A stretch of 35,697 nt of DNA from Jimgerdemannia flammicorona (lineage: Eukaryota): positions 1 through 35,697 of the forward strand of contig RBNJ01000243.1 of the NCBI GenBank assembly GCA_003990765.1, given 5' to 3'. The translations under genes were made by a program, and so were the position numbers. Shown here piece after piece: positions 9,765-23,284 of the stretch. The notes beneath the pieces are model-generated. The model made no database searches and was not told the DNA's origin. It worked only from the letters and a program-made list of their open reading frames with translations. The stretch's first letter is position 1. Every line of letters begins with the position of its first letter.

Positions 9765-11807
9765 TTAGAACCACTTTTTCCATGGACTATCGCTGGCCCT
9801 AATTGGAGAGGAAAAGCCGGATTTCATGGATGATTCACCAAGATTTGCCTCGGACCTCTTCATATCCTTCACCGAAAGTCTTGTCTTCAGGAAGACGCGC
9901 TTGAAGACCAGAATTGAATGTATCGTTTTCGAGAGGGAACCCATATCTTCAAGGGAGCGAGGCAAAATATCATCCGCCCATTCCCACATCACGAAGACCC
10001 CCTTTCCTACACAGCACATCACCTGCATGAAGAGGTGGCAACCTGCAAGTGTAGTCGGTATTTAGAACGATTTTCTTTAGAAAAAAAAACCCCCCGAGAA
10101 TGAGTCACAATACAAACCTATCACATGCGAGGCCACTACCTTCAGCTTGCGGCACTGCTGTAGATCCACGCCGGAGACCGTCATTGCCACCCTCTTCAGA
10201 TGATTCTTCATCCCCTTGGCAATCTTGGAGAGATCACTCCTGAGTTTGCTCTCGCTGCAGCCTTGAGTCCCACCGGACACTTCCACGAGTCCGGAGTGAG
10301 GACTCTCGATGAAGACGGAGGATTGATCGGAGAACACACCATCCCACAAATTATGCTCTAAGTTCCGGCTTTTGATGAGGTCGCAGTTTCCCTTCTCGCA
10401 CCTAGAGAATTGAAGTCAGATAATTCACTCTTTTGTTGTCTTTGAAGTTTTTCATAGCCATTCCGAAATTTAATTACCAGAAACTCTCAAGATCAGCAAC
10501 ATCTTGGAAGATCCAATCAAATAATGGCTGCAAGTACTTCACTGTGAGTTGCCGCTCGTCCATTGGCCTTGACAGTTCGCCTCGTCCTTCGAGGCCAGAG
10601 CAGCTGCAACGAAAAGAGTTAGTTACTAATCAGCTGTAATTCATAAGTGACCAACAAATACGCACAAGTGATCGTATAGCCGCTTAACGAGCCTCTCCGT
10701 TGCTGTCGTTGACTTCAAGGCATCGATATAACTTCTAAGCTCTTGCAAGGTTTCCTTTTTTTATTGAAAATAATCAGATCTTAGATTTTGAACCGGTACA
10801 TAATGGTGAAATGCATATGCCTACCCCCTCAACCAGCGGGACATTATCAACGTTTGGGAGAGCTAGAATATCTTTAAGGTTTTGGAGTTCTTCAGCTGTC
10901 AACATCTCCTTCACCTTCGTCTGCATAATGGATGGTTCTTGAAGTGTCGTGCGGGAAGAGATGCGAACAACTCCAAGAGCAGCCAGCCTGAGAGAAGAAA
11001 AGAGAATGAGAATGCAGAATCATTTGTGGTGCATAGCAGGTGAAGTAAATATAAACAACTCTTTATCTAAATCGCCTTTGCTTCTTTTGCCCACTTCAAG
11101 ACGCTTCGGAGCTTTGTGACAAATGATGGCTCGTCCTATAACGGTTAAAACGCGAGCTCAGAAAATTTTAATGTAATCAACGAACAATAACTGACAATAC
11201 ACGTACTTCAATTTCGATTTCTTCACTGTCCGCAGCATCGTCATAAGCGGTACCTGATTCTCCCTCGAGTTCCTCGTCAAATAGATCACCGGGTTCAAGA
11301 ACACTTCCTTCTTCCTCTCCGTCATCAGATCTGGCGCCGCAGTGCCGCTTTTTAAAATCGTCAGCAACGCTCTCCATCAAAGACAACATGGTGCGCTTTC
11401 CTTTATGAAGGACACGAATCTACCAAATCTCTGAATCCACCAAGCTGTTCCGTGGTTGAGTTGGCGGAGTTGGCGAAAACTGCAGCAAAGAAATCTCGAC
11501 GCTTGCTTGTCTGCGATATCCGTTGGAATGACAGTTTACTCGAGGCATTCGCACGCAATGATATTTAAAAAGCATAACTTGGTTGAAAATTTACCATCAC
11601 CCATTCTTTCAAACGTCTGGCGTATTTCCTGACATATGAATACTTATTCGATATCGAATCTGAGGTCGAAATCTTGACAAGGGACCCGCAGTAAGAGCCC
11701 AGTATTTCTTCTGCTTTGAAATACGGAGGCTGTTCTTTGATGAAGGTGTGAAAATGGCTCCATTCCCTCATGGGGTGGACTGTAAAGAACACGTTGATGG
11801 CTGCCAT
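9765..11807 (-). pseudogene. Multi-exon PD-(D/E)xK restriction-endonuclease-like gene (Crinkler/CR-REase-like), frameshifted
   Basis: About 8 GT-AG exons: MAAINVFFTVHPMREWSHF...; an acidic linker; LAALGVVRIS...; ERQLTVKYLQPLFDWIFQDVADLESFW|CEKG...SRNLEHNLWDGVFS...SGLVEVSGG...KLRSDLSKIAKGMKNHL...VVASHVIG|CHLFMQVM...DSPWKKWF*. The D-G...E-x-S spacing fits the PD-(D/E)xK fold. Frame breaks near 11410 and 11070. Confidence 0.55.
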
Positions 11808-12669
11808 TTCGCGCGTTAGAAATCTTGATGGCGTGCAGGTTTAACCTCGCATTTACTTTCTTCCGCTGGATGTTTATAGAGCCACTGATCGTCCGTTAGC
11901 TTGGGAACGTCATTATGATTGGTTTTTGCATCGATCGTGATTGGTTCTTGGAATGTGACGCCTGCTTTTTTTGTGACACCCATTTTGACCCTTGAAAAGC
12001 GTCCAAACGACGACAAAATTCTTCCCTAGGCCATAGAACTCGTTCTAAGGCTGAGGGACTCGTCCGGGGGACGTTTACCTGCGAGCCATGGCTGTCCCTA
12101 CGCTGATAAACTCGTTCAAAGCTTATGGACTTGTCCGGGCCAAGCCAAGGTCGCAGGAAGGAAGAATCAACGTTATGTTTTCGCATTCCTCCTCCCCGTT
12201 GCGATTGTTTGCGTCTTTTTTGTCAGGTCCAACTGACGACTGCTTTTTTGTGTAGACAACGGTATCAGCACCGAGGGAACCGCGCTCTGGCCGAGTCTCT
12301 GAAGCAGAACATGAACCCTCACCGGGCCGAATCTCTACAGTATGTCAGATTTGAAGATTGTTTGTAGCTGCGTGACGAGATCCTGACGCATGCTCGCTCA
12401 TCCATCAGGGAATATTATCGGTAACGAGGGAGCCCGTACCCTGACTGAGTCTCAAAAGCAGAGTTTGGTTCTCATCAAGCTGAAATTCTAAGTAGGTCGG
12501 AACCGAGTAAACCACTTTTTTTTTTTTTGGGTTACATGAGATTCAATTGACAGGCTGTGTGTGCTTGCTCATATAGGTATACTTTGATGGAAGGTCGGGA
12601 ATCGGGAATGTAACACGTCGACAGGATACGAGCATAGAGTCGGAATTAGAGGAATAAAGATGTATATTC

Positions 12670-12862
12670 AGGAAGTCCATCTCTGGGTGCAATTCGCTGG
12701 CGGATCTGAATCTGGATATGTTGTACCAAGCTTACACGCATGGCTTTGAGGCATCCACCTTCCATCAACGGTGCGATGATCGAGGCCTCGAATTCCGCCC
12801 TCGCTGGGGCGCCAACCTTCATGGTCAGTGATTACGAGGTGTTTGCCGTTTCGGCGAAGTGA
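12670..12862 (+). pseudogene. TLDc-domain gene remnant with internal deletion
   Basis: DMLYQAYTHGFEASTFHQRCDDRG (TLDc N-terminal LLY..S.HGF...FH..CD..G motif) is joined out of frame at ~12788 to NSALAGAPTFMVSDYEVFAVSAK* (TLDc C-terminal F.V..YEVF motif). The middle of the domain is missing. Confidence 0.7.
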
Positions 12863-12962
12863 GGTGACAATGCGAGGAGGTGACATCGAATATTTATATG
12901 CATACAATTCGCAACCATGATGAAATGCGAAGGTTTATTCATTCGTGAGGTTAAACTCAGAA

Positions 12963-12982
12963 ATATATATATATATATATAT
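12963..12982. repeat. (AT)n microsatellite
   Basis: About 10 AT units, directly visible. Confidence 0.9.
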
Positions 12983-13877
12983 AAGATAAAACATCCACCA
13001 GTGTCTATTCTTCTGAATCACCCATCCTTGTCATCCCGATGACCAGTTTTTCGCTGATCGACTTTCAAGGAAATGTTCGAGGTATTGGGTGAAACGATGT
13101 CTAGGGTAGATGTATGGCTAAACATCCAAGACGTGGCCTCGATCGTCACCTCATACGTTATCCGATGCAATATCGATTGCTGCGGGGATTAAGACGCGAC
13201 TGCGCCAAACGACGACTCACACGAATTGGACCATTGACTATTATACCATATTTAGCCTAACATGACGATAAAAAATATATATACTACGAACCAGGACAGA
13301 CCGGGGCCATACCGTCCGAAGAAATATTAAACGGAGTCACTCGGGCAGATCCATTTGGACAAAGGAGTCTGTTTGCGTTGTCTTCCAACTGATTTGTCGC
13401 CAAAAGTCCAAACTCTGCATCCAAATGGCAAACGCTGTTCATACCCTTCACAGTTCCTCTACAGGCTGCAGGAGATATGAAACAAGTAACCTATAGCGTG
13501 AACGGATGATTCACAAGCATAATGTCATGTGTAAGATAAGTGATCTAAGAAGTTCTTTTTTGATGAACAGCGATAGCAATCGTCACGTTCCCGATGGGGA
13601 ATACAAGGTGTGCGAGCTGTTACAGTATCCTCTCGTTAGAAGGACTCGTCGTCCATAATGAGGCAATAAAGTTCTCATTAAATATTCGCAGGCAGGCATA
13701 CTATGCGAACCGACCTCTGCTTGGCGCTCCTGGCATTTTCATATACATAGGCTGATGTGTAAGAATAATAAATAACACCGCACCCATCCCTCTACAAAAA
13801 AATTGGAGCGTGCTTATTTGTGCGCAAAATTTAGCGGTTTATAATCGCTTGTCGACTACATGAGGGAATATAAGAAA

Positions 13878-13887
13878 CCCCCCCCCC

Positions 13888-13922
<35 letters not shown>
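13878..13922 (+). repeat. C-run followed by poly(A) run
   Basis: About C11 then about A34, directly visible. Confidence 0.9.
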
Positions 13923-13924
<2 letters not shown>

Positions 13925-14062
13925 GAGAGATTGAAAAGATATATTTTTTTACCTTGTTTACTCTAACTATCTTATGTGGCGAGCAAAGCAACGGCAAAAA
14001 TAACTCTTCAAGCCTGATGCTCGAGTGATGTCAAATGTTCACTTTGTCTGGTTTTGTTGCAG

Positions 14063-14881
14063 CACGCCCCATATATCAACAACTTCACGTTCCCTACCAC
14101 CCGACGCTCTTCAACATTGGAGCAATCAGAAGAAATCAATACGTCATTGAGATTGAACGTGAGCAAGTCGTCGAACTTGTCATCAACAGTAAGTACCCGA
14201 GTGTATCTGCAATATTTGGATGTCAACGATCTAATGTTCATTCGCTAATGTCATCTCTGTTACTGTGCTTATCGGCATGCTTCACGCATCTTCCAGACGC
14301 TGACATGGGAGAGCATCCGTTCCATTTCGTATGTATCAACGCGCATACGGACTCACAGATCTCGGCTTCCATATTTTACGCCATTTTACAACTCGCTACC
14401 CGAACCCTTGACCGTGATCCCCAGCACGGCCACACCTTCTACGTTCTCAGGTTTGGCAACGGCACCTACAATCCACATAGGGATGCGAAACACCTGGACG
14501 CTATCAACCCGATTCGTAGGGACACTTCTACCATCCCGGCGGGTGGGTGGACGGTGATCAGGTAAGTTATGACAAAATTTGGGAAGTTTGCCAAAAGAAT
14601 TTTTTTTGGGGGACGAAATAGTACAAGGCCGATAATCCGGGCGTATGGGCCTTCATTGCCACATCGAGGTAACCTTTTCACGCAACGGCTCCAAATTAGG
14701 CTTTATGTATTTTAAAACGCTATATTCTCCTTTAAAATATTCCCAGTGGCATATGGAAGTCGGGCTTCTTGTTCAGTTCGTCGAACTCCCTTCCAAAATC
14801 TACGATCTGAAGTTGCCTCAGTCTGCGCTTGACCTGTGCAAATTTGATTACATGCATGCACGCAAGAAAGCTCTGGACTAG
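14063..14881 (+). pseudogene. 3' fragment of a multicopper oxidase (laccase-like, cupredoxin domain 3), frameshifted
   Basis: Spliced exons give YINNFTF../..PYHPTLF...EQVVELVINN|ADMGEHPFHF|HGHTFYVL...NPIRRDTSTIPAGGWTVIR|..ADNPGVW-LHCHIE|WHMEVGLLVQFVELP...ALD*. L3 and L4 copper motifs are present, with Leu at the T1 axial position. Apparent small deletions near 14090, 14620 and 14650. I found no L1/L2 (HWHG, WYHSH) exons upstream. Confidence 0.85.
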
Positions 14882-15079
14882 AAAAAGGGGAGAACATTGA
14901 AAATACAAGATAGATGTAATAAGACATACTAATAATAAATCAATTAAATTACCAAATGACGTCATATTGCCGGTGGGGTGGCTTGTGGGCACGGGATGAC
15001 ATCAGACGAACTGTCATTGACTAGCCTCGAACTACTTGCTACCGATTGATACTTCCCCGTCAGAAGAACCACCTGCAGC

Positions 15080-18000
15080 ATGGGAAACAAAGTCTCAAGC
15101 GCAACACATTCCACCGCAACAGCAGGGATCGACTCGTACGTCGCTGAGCTCGGTGACATCACATATGAGAGGAGGTATGTAGCGTCACTCGCGACCTTGA
15201 AACCCCCACTTGGTAGAGCACAACTAGTTGTGGCAAGAAAGCGTGCAGCGTCCGACACACATTGCATAACTGTGCGCATGGGGCAGGCCTCAGAGTGCTA
15301 GGGCAACGATTTGCATCCTCAGTAGCATCGATAGAGCGACACGGACTTGGACTCATCACTACTTCCTGTATCCCTTTCCATTGCGACCAGTTTGGGTAGC
15401 GCGCGATTCATGAAGACCATCCGCGGTCGACACAAAGACGGGTTGGTCGTGGTTAAAATCTTTGTCAAACCGGAGCCAGGCCTATCTCTAAAAACCTACG
15501 TCAAAACCGTTCAAGGTCGGTATTTCAATGCACTCTGGACCTGTGTATTTTTGAAACCATAATGACGTCGGACTTGCTTTACGTTTGTAATAATTTATAC
15601 AGAGGAACATGATGCTCTCGCCGAGGTGCCCAACGCCTTCGCGTATCAGCGGCTCCTCGAGACCGAGAAGGCGGCGTATCTGGTCCGCCAGTATTTCTAT
15701 AGCAGCTTGTATGACAGGATCAGGTGAGGGAGGCAAAGGGAATTGGGACAGGGAACCCGCATATCGGCGCTCAACAGCTATCTTTGTGCCGACTCTTTAT
15801 TTCAATACTCCAAACATCAAATCTAAACCCACAGCACACGCCCATTTCTCAATCTGATTGAGAAGAAATGGATCACGTATCAAATCCTCTGTGGCATCTC
15901 GGATGCGCATGCGCGGCAGGTGGGTGACTCGTTTGCATGATGCTCATTTGCGTTACCACGTTCTCGTCCCTGTCCCTCACACACATTTCGGTTTGCTTCG
16001 GCTCCATGAAGGTCTACCATGGTGATATCAAGACCGAAAACATCCAGGTCACTAGCTGGAACTGGGCCTACGTCACAGATTTCGCCTCTTTCAAGCCCAC
16101 ATACCTGCCTGAGGATAACCCTGCCGATTTCTCATTCTTCTTCGACACCTCTTCTCGACGTACTTGCTACCTCGCTCCCGAACGGTTCTACATGCCTGGT
16201 AGTGATATAGCAAAACGGATGGTGCGTTTTGTGGCCGCCTTCATATTGGCATTGATACGTGGCATGCTTTCACGGTCCTGATGTGCTGCCTTTTCTTTGT
16301 TGACAGAGTGAACTGGAATGGGGACAAAAATGTGGCGAGTTGACGGCGGCAATGGACATGTTTTCCGTAGGGTATGTCGGTAAAAATGGGAATTGGAAAT
16401 GGGTGTGATCAGGCAATATACTGTGTCAAGCTGATTGAAGAGAGGTTAATTTATTTTTTTATTTTTTATTGTTACAACTTCTAGGTGCGTCATTGCCGAA
16501 CTTTTCCTCGAAGGTACACCGATCTTTTCTCTCTCACAACTCTTCAAGTACCGGATTGGCGATTACGATCCTGGCCCGGAGCTTGACAAGATTGAAGATG
16601 ACGATATCAAGGTAATAAAATGTCTCAGAATGAAACGAGAGAATTCATGTCATGTGGTCATCGTGTGGGGATAGTGTTGGTTCGGGTTACGATGAAGAGG
16701 CACCATAATTTATAACGCGACCTTCCGGTCACCTTTTGTAGGCACTCGTGAAGCACATGATTCAGTTGGACCCGACGAAGCGGTACACTGCAGAGCAGTA
16801 CCTGGCCGAGTGGTACGTATTCGTTGAGTTTATGCATGATATCTTACCCTGTGACTTCATGGCACGCAATATCCATTTTATGCACTTGAAATTTGACTTT
16901 TTCCTCTCAATCCTGTTACCGCAATGTAGGCGCGGTGCTGCCTTTCCACAGTACTTCTACACTTTCCTCCATCAGTACATCAGCTCAGTAACAGACCCGC
17001 ATAACCACTACGTTGCCCAACCGTCCTCCCCTCAAGCCGACCTCGCAGACGCTCTCAACAGTACTGGCATCGGCCTTCCTCCCTCCGCTGGCAATGCATC
17101 CACCTCGCCCGCGAAGAAAACTGATGCCGACGAGAACATCGAGCGCGTGTATCACGATTTTGATAAGATTGCGTTCTTCTTGGGGTTCTATGGCGAGGAG
17201 CCGGGTTATGGGGATGGTGATGGAAGTGAAAGCGGAGAGAGGAAGGCCTTGGTTGGTTAGTATGAAGGTTTCTTGGTTATCTCTATGTTTGTGTCCTATT
17301 TGGAGTGACTGGTCAGTTGGGGATTTTGTAGTTCCATAATGAAGTCTCTGAAAACTTGACTATGGTAAATGTCCTTCGCGTGCTTCAGATCTACCGAGCA
17401 CCGCCGCGTCTACGGTATGCATAATCTTTTATCTTTGATATTGCTTGTTTACTTTGTACGCCGGGGGGACTTAGCCTTGGGTTTGTCTGGGCTTCAATTT
17501 TGGCCTGACATATATATTTAGCTGCTATTGCCGCCGACGCTCAATATTCCAAATTACGACTCGGCCGCGCCGCACAAGAAAAGGAGGTCCCAGAAGACGG
17601 GTACACATTTACAATTGTTGGCTCCGGAAGCATGCCTTAACGTTGGCCTCTCTCTCATCCAACTGCGTTTTCGAAATTGGGTTATACATATTAGATGACG
17701 GCGCTCTCATTTTCCTCTCTCTAATCTGCGCTATGGTCCGAAATACCGCCTACCCGTCACCTAAATTAATGGCCCTTGACATGTTCCTGGCCATCGGGGA
17801 ACATCTCGCTGATGTTATCAAGCTCGACCGCCTTGTGCCCTACCTGGTCACCATGTTACAGGACGACGTTGCGCTTGTGAAAGCTAGTGCGGTGAAAACG
17901 TTGACGCAGCTGGTATATACAGAATGGCATTAGTTAATCCGCAACCAAGTTATTTGTTGTTCATTCTATTGTGCATTCTATTCTACCTAGCTCTGCATGG

Positions 18001-21000
18001 TCGAGTCCATTTCCCCTATCAACGCCCGCATCTTTCCCGAGTATATTTTGCCCGCTGTTCGCGAGTTTGCCACCGACCCGGAGATCTTGGTGCGCGGGAC
18101 GTACGCGACCTGCATTGCGTTGCTGGCTGAGACGGCGTTGAGGTTTTTGGAAATGACGCAGGTGCAGCTTTGCTATGGATGTTGAAATATGCAGTGGGAT
18201 GAGTTTGGATTTTGCATATTACTATCGAATTAATCGAAATATTGAGGTAGCAAGCATGGTATTTGACGAATTTCTTGTTTTGCGGAATAGTTGTTGAAGG
18301 CTGACGGGGCGTTTGCGGGCGCGGAAGCGGATTTTGAAGAATTGGATTACGAGGTAGGCTATTTACATTTACGCACTGCGGCTGCTACTCCGAACCATAC
18401 ACGTATTAATCATTGAGCACAACTCTTCTATAATTATTCAACCAGGCGACATATGATTCCTCGTTACATGAACTGCAATCCATCATACAAGAGCAGGTCA
18501 CAACGCTCTTGATCGACCAGGAAAGTTCAGTCAAGCGCGCTTTGCTTACGAACATTACGTCGTTATGCATTTTCTTCGGCCGTCAGAAAGCCAATGATGT
18601 GTTGTTGAGTCATATGATCACGTACCTGAACGATAGAGACTGGATGTTGCGTTGGTATGTGTTATTTGTCCTCTCTGATATGTATAAATCATTAGGAGCC
18701 GCTTTGCGTTTATGACAAGAACCACTTTTGACTCATCCTTTATCCTATTTTTACTTGCCCTTCAAGCTCTTTCTTTGAGAGTATTATTGGTGTTGGCACC
18801 TTTGTCGGCGGGCGGAGCCTCGAGGAATATATCCTGCCATTGATGAGACAAGCTTTGACTGGTGGGTTAACTCAATAAGTCCGTTTTATGTATTGGTTCT
18901 CCAATAGGTGTTAATGAACTCCCACAAACCTACAGATTCGGAAGAATTCGTCGTGGAGAAGGCTCTTAACTCTCTGACAAGCCTGGCTGAGCTCGGTCTG
19001 TTCCAGAAGATGAAATTGTGGGAATTGGCTGGGATCATAGCGCCATTGCTTTGCCACCCAAGCATATGGATCCGATATGGTGCCGTAGCTTTCGTGGCTT
19101 CAGCAGGAAAGCTCTTACCACCCACGGATACATGGTGCATCATTTATCCGCTAATACGCCCCTTCTTGAAAGCGGATATTGCGGAGATTACCGAACTATC
19201 AATATTGACGAATGTGAAATCGCCCGTGAGTTTACTACTATTATTATTTGATTGCAAGCATTTATATTTTTTAGCATCGGGGTTGTTGAGGTTTTAACCG
19301 TACAGTTCTTGTCGGTCTAGCTCGCACGGCAGGTTTTTGAGCAGGCCATTGTGTGGGCAAACAAAACTTCTCCCAAAAGCATATTCTGGAAGCAGGCGCG
19401 GGATCGTAAAGGGAGCCTTACCGGTGGGATCGTGGCACCCAAAAACGCGTTAACCCAGAGTTCTTCGACGTCGACAACTTCCTCGGCCACAATGCGATAC
19501 GCAGGGTCGACATCTGAGAAAGCTTACAAATCCGATGAGTACGTATCGCACAACGCATCGTGGCAAGACTAGATTATGTCGAGCATGGCTGTAAGTTCTC
19601 ATCAAATGCGTTTTTTACCGTGTTACTTCTATATTAAACAGCGACGATCAGTACCTGGAAAGGCTTCGTGGACTTGGAATGACACCTGAAGATGAGGAAA
19701 AAATGAAAGCCATGCGAGAGTATATGTATAAATTATCGAGGACCAAGCTAAAGTATGTCATTTATTTTTCTGTACTTGCGATGTTATCCTTCTAGGTCAT
19801 AAGACGCGTGCTAATACATCTTGCCAATCTAGCGTACGGTCAAAATTGAACGAAGATGGTGTGGTTGTAGACGTAAAAATCCTAGACAATTTTATATATT
19901 TATTTTTCTCTTGTCGTTGCTGCGATGCAAACAATTTGATTTTTATACTGAATGCTTGCTTTGATAGGCCGGTAATTTGACGTTGTTAGACATGGGCATC
20001 AGCCATCGCACGGAGTTTTTGACACCTATATACTTCGACGATACTTCCAACCTCAACTTGGATGCGGTCATTATCCACAACGATGGCGCGAGGAAGGTGC
20101 GCATTATAATACGATGGTGTAGACTATCTATATAATTGATATAAAAGCTATTTGCCATGTTTTTTAACTGTCTTTGTAACCAAACATTGCCCCAACTCAC
20201 CCTCAACTCCCCCACCCTCGTCCTCCGGTTTATTATTTATTTACGAAGAGCGGGTCCATTAGAGGGTAATTAAAAGTTATATGATGTGCGCTTGTTTGAC
20301 AAACCTATATATCTCGGTTGGCTAATTTTCCTTCCATAAACTAGGTCAAGACGAGCATCTGTGTCGTCAACCGCCACCACCAGAACCACCGATCCCGTCT
20401 TATTGGACGCAGCTCTAAATCGTGTGGCAAGCGAGGCACGCCTGTATCCTCATATGATACATAAAACGGCCTCTACCAGCCAAATAGATCTAGGCCACAG
20501 TGTAGAGCCAATTTCAGAACCACCACACGGTCGGCATGCTCAAGACCCTACTTCTTCGGCCGACCTGCCATTCGCCATCCCAACGCCCATCCCGAGGAAA
20601 AAGCAATCATCGGCGGAATCGACAAGCCCGAATTTAAGCCCTAGCGAGTCGTCCAATTACTCTTCTAGTGCACCAACGTTAGACCAGAACGGCATTCCAG
20701 TGAAGTTCGTACGTCAAAGCAAATCGCGAATGCAGCTGATGACGTCATCCACGCCTGTTGAGCAGACCAAAGCGTTGGCGGAAACGAGCATGAGTATCAT
20801 GAACGCCATCGGCACCATGGAGATATCGGTGTTGAAGAATTCGACCATTCAAATTCAAGAGGACGATGTTGCACAGGCAAAAGAGAACGCAGACAAGCGA
20901 CCAGAAATGCAAGTGGGGCCAGTAATTGGAGGAGGGATGGGCGGCGGTGTGGAGATAAGAAGAGATGGCGGGTCTGTTTATTTCTCGACATCGTATGGTA

Positions 21001-23284
21001 GGTTCTGTGCATATTTGATGAGACGGTGTTCACCTAATGATTTGGTTCACCAATTGTGGTTTAATATGCCATGTAGAGGGAAGCGCCCGGCATCTTAAGA
21101 ACTTAATCAATAGAAGGACTTTGGAAGCTTTTCCAAATCTGATGCCAGGTTAGTTCCATGTTTTTATTCAGTTTTTCAGATTGCTCTGTAAATAATATGA
21201 GCGATTTGATTCGAATATCGACTTCTCATGATTGTAGAATTGGGACCAAAACTTACAACTATGATGCGTCATCGTCGCGCACCTGTGAAAAGCGGGGCGC
21301 CGCAATCTCGGTCTCTGCAAGCCTGGAAGCCAGAAGGTATGAAGGGCATTTAATTGGTTTAACAAAGCGCTGCTGGCGCCGCTGGTAGTAGTAGTTTAAA
21401 TTTTTAACCCCCTGTTGTTCATCATTTCTTCAGGCATTTTGGTCGCACATCTTGCCGAACATAAAGCATCCGTCAACCAGATTTGCCTGGCACCGGATCA
21501 GAATTTCTTTGCGTCATGTTCTGACGACGGGACAGTAAAGATATGGGATTGCTCAAGGCTGGAGAGGAATGTAACGAATCGATCAAGGGCTACCTATAAT
21601 CAACAAGGTTGGTGAAATCGTGGCATGTATATAATGAAGGTGTCTCTTTGCTCTGTTGTTCAATGTTTGCTGACATGTTCGACCATGATGTAGGCGGGCA
21701 TATCAAAGCAATGACATTCATCGAAAATACGTATAGCATCGCGTCGGCGTCAGATAACGGAAGCATACATGTGTTCCGGTAATCTATCATAATTTTACAA
21801 CCTCTCATGCACTTAATGTCCACAATGCCGCTCAACTATTGTCAACATTGTTCTTTATGTCAGGGTGGATTACATTGGAACTAGCTCGACACCGAAATAT
21901 GGCAAATGTCAAACAGTTCGTAAATATCAGTTGATCGACGAGTATGCCGTAGCAATTCTTCACTACAATACTGGTAAATCTTGCCCCATCGTTAATGTTA
22001 CTATCAAAAGGATTTGTATAATGCTGGGACTGATCTTTGCCACACACACACACGGTGATTTTTCGCTATGCAGAACCGGAGGATTGGAATGCGGAGACCA
22101 AATCCATCCTTCTTTTTGCTACTTCCCAAGGCAATATTTATGCACTCGATCTAAGGTCAATGCGAGTACTGTGGAAATTAAAAAATCAGAGCAGTCATGG
22201 TAAGCGTTGCACTTGTGAAACATTTTTCCGGCGCAACAGGCATGATTTCTGAATCAAACTTTACGACATACATAATCTACTGTTTTGTTCCATATCAGGT
22301 GTCATCACTTCGATGGTCTGTGACCGCCGCCGTGCCTGGCTCCTAGTCGGCACCACCCGTGGCATCCTGACCTTATACGACATTCGGTTCCAGATTGCAT
22401 TGCGATCTTGGGTTCATCCTAGCAAAAGCAGGATCAGCCGTTTGCTGTTGCATCCGAGTCTTGGGCGTGGAGTTATCATCGCGGCAGGGCGGAATGAGGT
22501 CTCCGTATGGAACATTGGCGACAAAGCAGAATGCAAAGAGGTGTTTGGTGTCAAGGATGAGAAGGCTACGGGAATCTCATTGCAGACCTTCAAGGTGAGC
22601 GATGCTGTTGTTTTCAGGGGCGTGTACTGGATATACATATATGTTGACTAATTTTGAACGGCAAATCGCAATGTGCATCGTTATCCTTATATTTAGATGT
22701 CCGAGCCACCGGCCGATAATGACATCTTGCGAAGCACCTTCACCTCGCACGAAGTTAATCTGGCCGACAACTCGGTCCGCGCCGTTATTTGTCCGCCCGA
22801 GTGCAATTTCATGATCACGGGCGGATCGGATCGAAAGATCCGCTTTTGGGATTATAAGCGTGTTGAAAATTCCTCGGTCGTGTTGGGCTTGGATATTGAT
22901 GAAGCGAAGCCAAAATACAGGTAAGCTCATTGTGTCTATCCCTTCTCATGGTTAATCCCGTTCTCGCCGCATAGGATCTGACATTCAGGATATTGCTCAC
23001 ACCACAGTACTCAAAACTTCGACGAGCTTACTTTCTACTACGAGTCCCAACCCTCCAACCGTACCGCCGCCAACAATCGTCGGCCGCAACCTTACTCGTC
23101 TTCCTCGAACTCTTCGAGAAGTGTTGGAATGTTAACTACGAACGCCACATCCAGCACTTTGGTACAGCAGCAACAATTGTTGAGGAACCATTTGGATTCG
23201 ATCACTGATGTCAAGATTACAGAGATACCGTATCCAATGCTTATTAGTGGGGACAGGGATGGTGTGATAAAGGTTATCGCTTGA
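15080..23284 (+). CDS. VPS15: Phosphoinositide 3-kinase regulatory subunit Vps15 (PIK3R4): kinase domain, HEAT repeats, WD40; many introns
   Basis: Myristoylation start MGNKVS. Kinase region [10 protein letters not shown]...[69 protein letters not shown] region [26 protein letters not shown]40 [27 protein letters not shown]. Ends [13 protein letters not shown] at 23284. The GT-AG junctions I checked keep frame. Confidence 0.96.

Noticed and set aside
12990..13800. Possible degraded coding sequence on the minus strand
   Set aside because: Only short interrupted frames and no motif I can recognise, so not supportable.
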